A stretch of DNA of 38,096 nt from contig NZ_MWQY01000017.1 of assembly GCF_002087085.1 (NCBI RefSeq), positions 62,001-100,096 on the forward strand, written 5' to 3'. Below the pieces are notes generated by a model. That model was given only the letters and a program-made list of their open reading frames with translations. It was not told the origin of the DNA and did not search any database. Below, piece by piece: positions 19,334-28,506 of the stretch; the stretch's first letter is position 1; every line of letters begins with the position of its first letter. A program made the position numbers and the translations under genes.

Positions 19334-21322
19334 TCAATAAAACACCGAGCGTCGGCGTTTGCGTATTCTGCTGGCCCGCCGAATCTTGAAGGTATGTTCT
19401 ATCTCTTCCGGCAGAAGAAGAGCAGTCAGGCTGGGATCCCCCGGGTCCTTGGTCAAACTTAAGGGATACACCAGGGCGCTTCCGTCGGGAATCTCGGGAG
19501 ATTCAATCTCCAGAAGGTCTTCCCGGTTGTCCAGGACATCCTCGATGATTCTGAGCTTGGCATGAAAATCGATTCCCCGCGCCTCTATGCGTCCGATCCG
19601 GCAGACCTCGGGGCTCAACTGACGGGGGAAAATCAGCAGTTTTCTGGCAACCTTGGCTTCCAGCTCACGACGCTGTTCCTGAGTGAGCTCAAGACTGTTC
19701 AGGTGAGCAATAAGCTCTTTCTGTATACGCCGGGACTCCTTATCGGCATCCATGACGATCTTTCCTGTCTCTTCCGGTTCAGGGGCTGTTCTGGTGGAGA
19801 TGGAGGGGATATCTGGAAGCCTGGGGGTGTAATCAAAAATTCCCTCCGCGTCTGCCTGGGAGAGAAGGTTCCGCACTTCTCCGGGGTCAGAGTAACCCAG
19901 GGCCCTCCACTTGGTGATGAAGGGACTCAGTTTTTCCGGTCTGACAAAATAGACTCCCGGCGCAAGGGTCAGCAGGATCATGGAGCTGAACTCCTTTTGT
20001 ATGACGGTAACCAGCTCCGGTACAACCTTGATAACCGTGCCCGTGGCTATTTCGATCTGCTGAACCCGTTCCATCCAGCCCTGAAGGGTTATCACCACGT
20101 TCTGAGGGGTTTTCCCCTCACAGGCCTCTTCAAGCAGACCGGGGATATCCGTATCTTCTCCGCAGGTCCGCAGGGATTCGATAAAATGCTGTTGCTCGAT
20201 CTCAAAATGAGAAACCCTGTCGTAACGTTTAAGCCTGCAGTAGAGGGCGGCAAAAAGGCGTGCCGCTGCCGAGGCTCCGGGGGGAAGAAGGACCTCAAAA
20301 CTGGGTTGCAGAATCATGGGCATCGTTTCTGCTGCCTTCGTAGAATTCGCAGATACAGCGAATCGGACAAAGCCGTCATCCTCCTCCATATAACCGGCCA
20401 TAATCAGACGGTCAAAGGACTGGGATATCCTCTTCGGGGTAAAACGCTGATCTTCCCGGGAAAGCTCGGCGCTCAGGAGTTTAATCAAAGGCTCCCGTTC
20501 ATAACCCAGATGGCCGGAGGTGTTTTTCCTGAGGGCATTGATTATGGTATGTCCTGCCGCGAAAGCCCTTCGGGGAGGAGATTCCCGCCAGCCCCCTGCG
20601 GTCAACCCGGCAAGAAAAACAGTAAACCGTTCCTTCCCGGGAAGAGAGATGAATTTTTTCAGCTGTTCCGGATACACCGAAAAGCGGTCTCCCCTGTCAT
20701 GGATGATCCCCAGATAGACGAGGCTTTCCAGGCAGAGCATGAATCGGGCATCGTCACCGCTCCCGGGAAAGAGATCGATGAAACTGCTGCGTACACTCTT
20801 CTTGAGCTCGCCGCTCTGCTTGCATGGGGAGGAGTTATCCTGCAGAAATGAGAGAAAAGCTATCATCATCTCTTCGGTAAACCATGCTTCTCCGGTCCTT
20901 TCCGGGAAGGCTTTGACTGAAATTGTCTCCTCCGTACGCTGTTCCAGCTCTTCCTCCAGGACGGGATTCACGAAATAAAAGCCGGATTCGTCCCGGTAGA
21001 TAATGAGTCGCTCCTGGAGGTTTTCCATCAGGCTTTTAAACCGCAGTTCGCTGTAGCTGTCATGAAAATAGCGGTACAGATGATCAAAGTCCGATCCCCC
21101 GGAGCGAAGTATAAAAGCCGTTACAGCGCTTTCATCATCATTCAGGAGGGCAAGAATCCGTGATCTGGTCTCCGGATTCAGGAGAAACTTCTCAATGCTG
21201 TTGATTATGGAAGGTTTGTGATAAGGGGTCTGCACTTTGCCCAGGTGGTTCTTGATCAGTTCAAAAAATGGTTCATCTTCGAGGGTAAGGAGTGTGCGTT
21301 TCCAGTCATCTACTGAGGGCAT
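19334..21322 (-). CDS. XPB-associated protein (Helicase_C_3-like domain, possible WYL-like C-terminus)
   Basis: 662 aa; ILQPSFEVLLP...PQNVVITLQGW resembles the XPB N-terminal/Helicase_C_3 domain; no Walker motifs; co-transcribed with XPB. Confidence 0.75.
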   Translation of the reverse strand: MPSVDDWKRTLLTLEDEPFFELIKNHLGKVQTPYHKPSIINSIEKFLLNPETRSRILALLNDDESAVTAFILRSGGSDFDHLYRYFHDSYSELRFKSLMENLQERLIIYRDESGFYFVNPVLEEELEQRTEETISVKAFPERTGEAWFTEEMMIAFLSFLQDNSSPCKQSGELKKSVRSSFIDLFPGSGDDARFMLCLESLVYLGIIHDRGDRFSVYPEQLKKFISLPGKERFTVFLAGLTAGGWRESPPRRAFAAGHTIINALRKNTSGHLGYEREPLIKLLSAELSREDQRFTPKRISQSFDRLIMAGYMEEDDGFVRFAVSANSTKAAETMPMILQPSFEVLLPPGASAAARLFAALYCRLKRYDRVSHFEIEQQHFIESLRTCGEDTDIPGLLEEACEGKTPQNVVITLQGWMERVQQIEIATGTVIKVVPELVTVIQKEFSSMILLTLAPGVYFVRPEKLSPFITKWRALGYSDPGEVRNLLSQADAEGIFDYTPRLPDIPSISTRTAPEPEETGKIVMDADKESRRIQKELIAHLNSLELTQEQRRELEAKVARKLLIFPRQLSPEVCRIGRIEARGIDFHAKLRIIEDVLDNREDLLEIESPEIPDGSALVYPLSLTKDPGDPSLTALLLPEEIEHTFKIRRASRIRKRRRSVFY

Positions 21323-21336
21323 CTGAACATCCTACC

Positions 21337-23010
21337 TTAAATATCCGTGTCCCACAACTCAATGTGATAGCCGTAGCCCTGTTCGGTCAGGAATTTCTGA
21401 CGGTTAAGGGCGAACTCTTCCTCCAGGGTGTAGCGTGAAACAAGGGAGTAAAAATAGGAGTTCCGCGCCTTCGGTCTGAGAATTCGTCCCAGACGCTGCG
21501 CCTCTTCCTGTCTGGAACCGAAGGTCCCTGAAACCTGTATGGCCACCGAAGCATCGGGAAGATCGATGGCGAAGTTCGCCACTTTTGAGACCACAAGTAT
21601 TGTAATCTCGCCGGAGCGGAACCGCCGGTAAAGATTTTCACGCTCGCTGTTCGGGGTTTTACCGGTTATCAGGGGTGCCTTGAAAGCGGCGGCAATCTTT
21701 GTGAGCTGATCGATATACTGGCCGATAACCAGGGTGCCCTCTCCTGCGTGGTTCGCCGCCAACTCCCGGGCAATTTCGATTTTTCGGGGATTTTCGGCGG
21801 CAATCCGGTATTTCCTTCGTTTGTCCGCCGTTGCATAGGGAATACGGTCCTCCTCGGGCAGGTCTATCCGAATTTCCGTGCAGTAGGCCTCTGCTATCCA
21901 TCCCTTCTGTTCAAGCTCCTTCCAGGGGACATCGTAGCGTTTTGGACCGATGAGGGAAAAAACCTCTCCCTCTTTTCCGTCCTCCCTGACCAGGGTCGCA
22001 GTAAGCCCCAGGCGGCGCACAGCCTGTATTTCGGCAGTGACCCGGAATACCGGAGCCGGCAGAAGGTGAACCTCGTCATAGATTATCAGCCCCCAGTCCC
22101 TGGCCCGGAAGAGGGCAAAATGAGGGAAGGGTGGATCCTGTTTCTGTCCGTAGGAGAGTATCTGGTAGGTGGTAACCGTTACGGGGCGGATCTCCTTTTT
22201 CCCGGAGGTGTATTCGCCTATTTCATCGTGATCGAGTTCCGTTTTGTCCTTGAGTTCATCCATCCATTGATGGACCGCCGCCACATTGGTCGTTACTATC
22301 AGGGTGCTGGTCTGTAGCAGTTCCATTACCTTGAGACCCACGATGGTTTTTCCGGCCCCGCAGGGCAAAACGATGACGCCGAAACCGTTGCCTGGAAGTC
22401 CCCCGCCGTGGAAGCTTTCCGCCGCCTCGGCCTGATAATCCCGGACCGTAAAGTCCCGGCCGTCAGATGTGCTGGCGCGCAGGATAATGGGTGTTTTTTC
22501 TCCTTTCCGCAGGGGAACCCTGTCGTCCACGGGATAATTAATCCTGATCAATGCGCTCTTGAGGCTACCGCGGTTTACCAGGGAAACCATGAAATCATCT
22601 CCCAGGGGAACAAGGAGCTTCATTATGTCCCTGCGGGCAAGGATTTCCCGTCTAAGAGCCTCCGAGGCGATCTTCAGCACCAGGTAGGCAGGATCATCGG
22701 AGGGTTCAAGAACGATGCTGCCGTAGCGGCCCAGAAGGTCCCGGACATTGAAAAGAACGTTATCAGGCACCGGAAAGCGGGACCACTTTTTCAAACGTTC
22801 CTCGATCTCCTGTTCCCGTAAGCCGGCGGAGGCGGCGTTCCAGAGAGAAATGGGGGAGATCCGGTAGGTATGCATATGTTCCGGTGACTTTTCAAGTTCT
22901 GCAAAGGGGGCGATATCGTCCCTGGCCTGGGAAAAACCTGGATCATGAACATCCAGCAGCAGGGAGCCGTCACTCTGCACTATAAGAGGGGTACTGTTAA
23001 TCGACGACAT
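21337..23010 (-). CDS. XPB/Ssl2/Rad25-like SF2 DNA helicase
   Basis: PLIVQSDGSLLL, KSPEHMHTY, LPCGAGKT, DEVH, GLTAT, RED and QRLGRILR motifs; start reassigned to ATG 23010. Confidence 0.93.
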   Translation of the reverse strand: MSSINSTPLIVQSDGSLLLDVHDPGFSQARDDIAPFAELEKSPEHMHTYRISPISLWNAASAGLREQEIEERLKKWSRFPVPDNVLFNVRDLLGRYGSIVLEPSDDPAYLVLKIASEALRREILARRDIMKLLVPLGDDFMVSLVNRGSLKSALIRINYPVDDRVPLRKGEKTPIILRASTSDGRDFTVRDYQAEAAESFHGGGLPGNGFGVIVLPCGAGKTIVGLKVMELLQTSTLIVTTNVAAVHQWMDELKDKTELDHDEIGEYTSGKKEIRPVTVTTYQILSYGQKQDPPFPHFALFRARDWGLIIYDEVHLLPAPVFRVTAEIQAVRRLGLTATLVREDGKEGEVFSLIGPKRYDVPWKELEQKGWIAEAYCTEIRIDLPEEDRIPYATADKRRKYRIAAENPRKIEIARELAANHAGEGTLVIGQYIDQLTKIAAAFKAPLITGKTPNSERENLYRRFRSGEITILVVSKVANFAIDLPDASVAIQVSGTFGSRQEEAQRLGRILRPKARNSYFYSLVSRYTLEEEFALNRQKFLTEQGYGYHIELWDTDI

Positions 23011-23092
23011 AAACTTGAGGATATCTGATTGTGCCTCTCCTGAACAGACCGTAAGGAGAGATAAAAAGAAAACCATGGAAAGAAAAATCAGC

Positions 23093-23121
23093 TTGACCGA
23101 AAATGAGCTTCCCTATAGTCT
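23093..23121 (+). promoter_or_regulatory. sigma70 promoter giving a leaderless prs-like mRNA
   Basis: TTGACC-17 nt-TAGTCT-6 nt (TTTTTT)-ATG 23128; no SD. Confidence 0.65.
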
Positions 23122-23127
23122 TTTTTT

Positions 23128-24294
23128 ATGGGCAGGTTACTGGTCGTCGGAAACATTGCGGAGAGTCCTTTTTCAGCGGATATCGGGTATTACCTGAGGC
23201 AGGAGGAGCACTATTCCGATCTTGTCTCGCTGAAAAGCTTTCTCAACGGTGAATTCTGCCCTCGCTTTATTGTAGATGAGGCCTCCTGGGAAAACATCGG
23301 GCGCAAACTGGAATCCTATACCGTCATGATTACCAGTACCGCCATGTCCGGTTTCAGCCGGGATGAGCTTGCCATGAGGAATTTTCTGATTTCCAGGGCA
23401 GCCAAGGATAACGGCGCCGACCGGGTCATTCTCCTTGAACCGGACCTGTTCTACAGCGCCCAGGACCGGGGGCCCCGGCCGGAACATGGTGCGACCCCGG
23501 TAAAACGCAGTATCCAGGACTACAAGAAGTTTGACGGACAGCCTTTTTCCGCCCGGCTCTACGCCGATCTGCTGAAAGAGTCCGGGACTGACGAAGTGGT
23601 GACTGTACACAACCACTCCCCGTCGGTGGAGCATATCTTCATGGACAGATTCTCCGGCTATTTTACCAACCTTCTTCCCTGCGATGTGTATGCGGATTAC
23701 CTGAGGGATTCGGATATAGCCGAGGTGGACAATATGGTGCTCTGTTCTCCGGATTCGGGGGCTTCCGGATTCTGCCTGCGTCTGCATAAGGCCCTGAATA
23801 ATCCCGGGGTAAAAATGCTGAAGATGAACAAGCACCGCAGCGACGAGCGCACCGTGGACGTCTCCCTGGCCGAGGACTCGCCGGCGGATATAGGCGACAT
23901 CGCCGGCAAGGATGTAATAGTTGTTGATGATATGGTTCGAACCGGGACGACCATTATCGAGTGCTGCCGTCTTCTTAAAAGCGGAAATCCCCGGCGGATT
24001 ATCTTTGTGGTGACTCACTTCTACTCGAGCAGGGAGGGGCGCATAACCCTCAACGACCCGATTATAGACGAAATAGTGACCACCAGCACCATACCCCAGA
24101 TTCTGAACCGGGACATGCAGGGCCGGCTGAGGCACAAGATGGTGGTCCTGCGACTGGGCCGCTGGATCTCCAATGCTGTAACCGGTCTCCGGGGCATCGA
24201 TCAGGCCTCGCTCCCGGGACCCCTTTATACTGAAGACATCTCATCCAAACATCCCCGCTGGAAAGGCCGGACAGGCCCCATCTGCGGACAATAA
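23128..24294 (+). CDS. divergent ribose-phosphate pyrophosphokinase (PRPP synthetase)-family protein
   Basis: FLNGE, YSAQDR, HNHS, SPDSGA, VVDDMVRTGTT (PRPP-binding loop), VTH and TSTIP; 388 aa with an insertion after QDR. Confidence 0.85.
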   Translation: MGRLLVVGNIAESPFSADIGYYLRQEEHYSDLVSLKSFLNGEFCPRFIVDEASWENIGRKLESYTVMITSTAMSGFSRDELAMRNFLISRAAKDNGADRVILLEPDLFYSAQDRGPRPEHGATPVKRSIQDYKKFDGQPFSARLYADLLKESGTDEVVTVHNHSPSVEHIFMDRFSGYFTNLLPCDVYADYLRDSDIAEVDNMVLCSPDSGASGFCLRLHKALNNPGVKMLKMNKHRSDERTVDVSLAEDSPADIGDIAGKDVIVVDDMVRTGTTIIECCRLLKSGNPRRIIFVVTHFYSSREGRITLNDPIIDEIVTTSTIPQILNRDMQGRLRHKMVVLRLGRWISNAVTGLRGIDQASLPGPLYTEDISSKHPRWKGRTGPICGQ

Positions 24295-24315
24295 TGCGGT
24301 ATTCGGAGGCATACA

Positions 24316-25713
24316 GTGAGCTCAGGCTTTCGTATCGGAATAATTTCCGGAAAACTCGGTGATGTCGACGGGGTTTCCCTCGAAGTCGACAAGTGGATCA
24401 GGATTCTCGGCGAGATGGGCCATGAGGTCCATACCATCGCCGGAAAATACGGTACTCCCCTGGTAAGCCTTCCCCAGGAACGGCAGTTTACCCTGCCGAA
24501 CATCCGTTTCGACAGTCGGGAGCAGAAGTGGTACGAGAGCCAGGTCTTTCCATTTCTGCAGAAGCACCCGCCTCATATAACACCGAAGCGGAAAAAGATC
24601 ATCCTTGACCGCCTGCAGTTCGAAGGCAAGGAGGTGGCCAACCGGCTCTTCGAGTATGTGCAGAACAACAGTCTGGATGTAATCGTGGCCCAGAATACCA
24701 ATGCCATGCCCATGACCCTGCTGGGAGGGATGGGGGTCTACGAGCTGGCGACTCAGCGAAGGGTGGCTACAATTTTTCATCACCACGATTTCTGGTGGGA
24801 ACGGAGTCGTTTTTCCAACAGCCATATCGAAGGTCTGCTGGGGCGGATCATGCCGCCCACGGACCCGGGACTGGAGCATATTGTGCTCTCCACCTACGCC
24901 GCCCATATCCTGCGGTCCATCAAGCGGGTACAGCCCAAGCTGGTTCCCAACTGCGAGGATTTTGACAACCCCGTTGTAAAGGATGAGTACAATGCGGATT
25001 TCCGCAGGGAACTGGGATTCAGGGATTCGGATATTCTCGTCGTGCAGCCCACCAGGATCGTCCGGCGCAAGAGAATCGAAGATTCCATTGGTCTCATGGG
25101 AAGGCTGATAGCCCTGCATCCTGAAATAGCCGACAGGGTCCATTTTATTATCTCCCTGTACCAGGGGGACGAACCGGACGAAAACTATATCGGAGAGATC
25201 CGGCAGATGGCGCAGGGACTGGGGGTCCAGGTACATCTGATTTCCGACCGCGTTGCCTCGGAGCGGGGAACAGATGAAGGGGGGCGGAAGCTCTACACGA
25301 ACCGGGATGTCCTGGCCAATGCGGATCTGGTAACCTATCTTCCCATCTGGGAGGGCTTCGGCAACGCCCTGCTCGAGGCCATGGCGGCAAAGGTTCCGGT
25401 TGTGACCACCACCTACCTGGTCTACAAGACCGACATCGGGATTCTCAAGTTCAGGAACGTGGAAATCCTTGATGTGTACGGCGACGACGGACACCTGGTA
25501 ATCCCCGACCAGGCGGTGGAAGAGGTCTATGAGCTGCTGACGAATCCCGCGGTCAGGCAGGAGGCGGTGGAACACAACTTTGAGATAGCCGCCAGGGAGT
25601 TCGGCTTCGGAAAACTGCGGGAGAGGATCGGGACGATCCTGGAGGATTACGGTGACGAGATCCGTGCCTCCCGCAAGCGTGTCGCCCGCAGCAAGCAGGC
25701 CTACTCCGTGTAG
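24316..25713 (+). CDS. GT4-family glycosyltransferase (mannosylglucosylglycerate synthase-like)
   Basis: DGVSLE, HHHDFWWER, QPTRIVRRKRIE and EGFGNALLEA (Ex7E). The subfamily call is recalled, not searched. Confidence 0.85.
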   Translation: MSSGFRIGIISGKLGDVDGVSLEVDKWIRILGEMGHEVHTIAGKYGTPLVSLPQERQFTLPNIRFDSREQKWYESQVFPFLQKHPPHITPKRKKIILDRLQFEGKEVANRLFEYVQNNSLDVIVAQNTNAMPMTLLGGMGVYELATQRRVATIFHHHDFWWERSRFSNSHIEGLLGRIMPPTDPGLEHIVLSTYAAHILRSIKRVQPKLVPNCEDFDNPVVKDEYNADFRRELGFRDSDILVVQPTRIVRRKRIEDSIGLMGRLIALHPEIADRVHFIISLYQGDEPDENYIGEIRQMAQGLGVQVHLISDRVASERGTDEGGRKLYTNRDVLANADLVTYLPIWEGFGNALLEAMAAKVPVVTTTYLVYKTDIGILKFRNVEILDVYGDDGHLVIPDQAVEEVYELLTNPAVRQEAVEHNFEIAAREFGFGKLRERIGTILEDYGDEIRASRKRVARSKQAYSV

Positions 25714-25726
25714 CAAACCCGCTCAT

Positions 25727-25754
25727 AAAAAACGGGGTCCCTGAGGGGACCCCG
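25727..25754 (-). terminator. Rho-independent terminator of the OMP gene
   Basis: Minus strand CGGGGTCCC-CTCA-GGGACCCCG followed by TTTTTT; lies between convergent genes. Confidence 0.9.
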
Positions 25755-25782
25755 CAAAGTAAACAGATATCTGCTATGTAAC

Positions 25783-26799
25783 CTAGAACTGGGCCCGCAG
25801 GTTCAGCTGGCCGCCGTAGGCCCCGGAAACGGGGTTGTAGGTTCCGGAAAGGTCCAGCTTGGCAAAGAGCAGCTCCACGGAGGTTCCCAGGTAGGCCCGG
25901 AAGGATGCGCCATTAGCTTCGGAGTAGACGGTGGCACCGTCGGAATCAATATCATCGAAATCACTGCCGTATTTATTTTTCCAGTCTTGAATAGTAACTC
26001 CATTGCCGGTGTCAGTTGTTACGTCAGCATCATATCCTCCACCAACTTCGGAAACACCATATGATACTCCAAAACCGATGTACGGGCGAAGTATAAATAA
26101 GAAGCTCTTGCTGATCTGAACCTTAGCGTCAATGACATTGCTACGCCATCCGAAGACAACGTCCGGGGAATTAAATGTCAGATTTCCCAAGTTATTGTTG
26201 GGTCCGATTGTCGGGTCAGGATCAGGGTCGGATATTGTAGTCGTTTCACCAACACTGGTGGAAACCATTCCATTAAGATACGTATAACCGGCCCCTACGG
26301 AGATCTCAGGCATCAGAAGGCCTTCTTTCATAACCCGGTAACGCATGTCGAAACCGAACATCTTGTAGTCCACGGAGACATCGTTAAAAGAGTCTTTGGC
26401 AAATTCGGGGATATATCCGGCCTTGATGCCGAAATCGAAGGGCAGGATAAGTCCGCCTAATCTTGCTTCCACCGAAGTTGCGGGGACAGGCAGCCCTCCC
26501 AGGTCCTTCAGCTCCTTCGGAACTTCCGTTACTCCGAGGTTTGTAAAGAAGCCTTCGATATCGTCCATGGGAACAACTACAAAACCCAGCGAGGTACCCA
26601 CGCCGAAATGGGGGAATCCGCCGATGTAGCTGTCGGACCAGCGCAGGCCTACGTCAGCCAGAATAGGCATCGAGGGTGCCGCATCGTCGGCGAAATCTTC
26701 AAAGGTGGCGATAAACTCGTCAAGATCAGGAGTCTGGGCCGTCAGAGAAAAATTCATAATTAACATTAAAACTGTTGTTATTGTCAGCAGGCGTTTCAT
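25783..26799 (-). CDS. putative outer-membrane beta-barrel protein
   Basis: Signal peptide (…SLTA), alternating amphipathic strands, C-terminal beta-signal LNLRAQF; SD GGAGG; own promoter and terminator. Confidence 0.7.
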   Translation of the reverse strand: MKRLLTITTVLMLIMNFSLTAQTPDLDEFIATFEDFADDAAPSMPILADVGLRWSDSYIGGFPHFGVGTSLGFVVVPMDDIEGFFTNLGVTEVPKELKDLGGLPVPATSVEARLGGLILPFDFGIKAGYIPEFAKDSFNDVSVDYKMFGFDMRYRVMKEGLLMPEISVGAGYTYLNGMVSTSVGETTTISDPDPDPTIGPNNNLGNLTFNSPDVVFGWRSNVIDAKVQISKSFLFILRPYIGFGVSYGVSEVGGGYDADVTTDTGNGVTIQDWKNKYGSDFDDIDSDGATVYSEANGASFRAYLGTSVELLFAKLDLSGTYNPVSGAYGGQLNLRAQF

Positions 26800-26833
26800 A
26801 TCTTCCTCCGTTGAAAAAAATCAGCTGAATACA

Positions 26834-26862
26834 AGTATAGTACGTTAATCCGGAATATCCAA
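26834..26862 (-). promoter_or_regulatory. sigma70 promoter of the OMP gene
   Basis: TTGGAT-17 nt-TATACT. Confidence 0.6.
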
Positions 26863-26875
26863 ATTTCAGGCGGTC

Positions 26876-27409
26876 TTAATCGCTGATTTCCTTATCTTTT
26901 TCGTCGGAATCTTCCGATTCGTCATCCCCATCCGCGTGTTTCGTTACCGGGCGTATGGTCTCCTGAATGCTTTTGCCCTTTTCCTGGCTCAGTTCATACC
27001 AGGCGGTTTTGGCTTTCAGCTCCTCATCCAGATCCTCCAGGCGGTTGTACTCTTCCGGGATCGTAGCCAGGCGGTCCTTTCCCTCGGCATAGATAAAGCG
27101 TACGAGCTTGTCTTCGGGGGTACGGATAATGCCTGCATGGGTAATCTGGTCCCACTCAAGGCGTTCCAGTGAACTGGTGGGAAAGCGCAGGGTTATCCCG
27201 TCATCATGGGTCATGATAAAGCTTTTAATGTGATTGAGGAGCATGCGGATCATCTGAAAGGCAAAGTAGCCGAAGAGAACCGCAATGAACATTCCCGCAA
27301 TCCCCGGCAGAATAACCAGCGGAGCGGCGGTCAGAAAAAGCAGCAGCAGAATAAGGCCGTAGGCTACAAAGAGCCTGCGGTTGCCTTTTACGCGAAAGGA
27401 ATAACGCAT
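26876..27409 (-). CDS. membrane protein (two N-terminal TM helices, soluble domain, acidic tail)
   Basis: ATG 27409 follows GGAGG; lies downstream of aroC. Confidence 0.75.
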   Translation of the reverse strand: MRYSFRVKGNRRLFVAYGLILLLLFLTAAPLVILPGIAGMFIAVLFGYFAFQMIRMLLNHIKSFIMTHDDGITLRFPTSSLERLEWDQITHAGIIRTPEDKLVRFIYAEGKDRLATIPEEYNRLEDLDEELKAKTAWYELSQEKGKSIQETIRPVTKHADGDDESEDSDEKDKEISD

Positions 27410-27438
27410 GAAAAAAATACCTCCAGAAATAGCATGAT

Positions 27439-28506
27439 TCAAGCCTGGTTTTTACGGCCCCGGGCTTCCTGGCGCATGAACTGGTCTGCCAGTACAATCG
27501 CCGCCATGGCCTCCATAACCGGGACTATACGGGGGCAGATGCAGGGATCGTGGCGTCCTTCGGTTACGATCTCCCGTTCCTCTCCCCGGATGTTCCGGGT
27601 CTTCTGTTTTACCGTTATGCTGGATGTGGGTTTTACCGCCGCCCGGAACACAATCTCCTGTCCGGTGGATATTCCCCCCAGAACTCCGCCGGCATTGTTG
27701 CTCAGGAATCCCTCCGAATCCATCCAGTCGTTGTGCTCACTCCCCCGCATGTCGGCGCAGGCAAAGCCGGAACCGAATTCGATCCCTTTTACGGCTCCCA
27801 GGCTCAGAATGGCATGGGCGAGCTCAGCGTCCAGCTTATCGAAAACCGGTTCTCCCAGTCCCGCGGGAACTCCCTGAATGCGGCATTCGATGATACCTCC
27901 GACGGAATCCCCGATCTCCGAGAGCTCCTTGACCCTGGCAACCATCTTTTCGGCAGCCACCGGGTCGCAGGCCCGCATGGGATTTTTCTCGATAACGGCA
28001 GGGTCGAAGCTTTCGCAGGAAATTCCTGCCGCCCGCAGGGTGTAGGCTGTAACGGAGACACCCCGCTGCGCAAGAAGTTTCTTCGCAACCGCTCCCGCGG
28101 CCACCCTTCCGGCGGTCTCCCTGCCGGAGGCCCGTCCCGAACCGCGGTGGTCCCGGATTCCGTACTTTGCAAGGTAGGTAAAATCGGCATGGCCGGGACG
28201 AAAGAGCTCCCGGATATCATCGTAGGCGCTGGGGCGCATGTCCTGATTGTAGAGGACTATTCCAAGGGGGGTGCCGGTAGTCAGACCTTCAAATACACCG
28301 GAGAGAATATGTACCCGGTCGCTCTCCTGTCTGGGAGTGGTAACCTCGGACTGGCCGGGTTTGCGGCGGTTCATCTCCAGCTGGATATCCTCCTCCGACA
28401 GAGGAAGCCCGGGAGGAACGCCGTCCACGATGACACCGACCCCGGGTCCGTGGGACTCACCGAAGGTGCTTATACGAAACAGGGTACCGAAGCTGCTACC
28501 TGACAT
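27439..28506 (-). CDS. aroC: chorismate synthase
   Basis: TFGESHG, RPGHAD, GRASGRET, KPTSSI and GRHDPC motifs; start ATG 28506 (MSGSSFG). Confidence 0.97.
   Translation of the reverse strand: MSGSSFGTLFRISTFGESHGPGVGVIVDGVPPGLPLSEEDIQLEMNRRKPGQSEVTTPRQESDRVHILSGVFEGLTTGTPLGIVLYNQDMRPSAYDDIRELFRPGHADFTYLAKYGIRDHRGSGRASGRETAGRVAAGAVAKKLLAQRGVSVTAYTLRAAGISCESFDPAVIEKNPMRACDPVAAEKMVARVKELSEIGDSVGGIIECRIQGVPAGLGEPVFDKLDAELAHAILSLGAVKGIEFGSGFACADMRGSEHNDWMDSEGFLSNNAGGVLGGISTGQEIVFRAAVKPTSSITVKQKTRNIRGEEREIVTEGRHDPCICPRIVPVMEAMAAIVLADQFMRQEARGRKNQA

Noticed and set aside
19268..19462. Short ORFs overlapping the repeat copies (also 37845-38069)
   Set aside because: They start inside the non-coding element, have no transposase features, and are not conserved as ORFs between the two copies.
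24322..25716. 464-aa antisense ORF covering the glycosyltransferase
   Set aside because: A codon-register shadow of a GC3-rich gene, with no recognisable motifs or SD.
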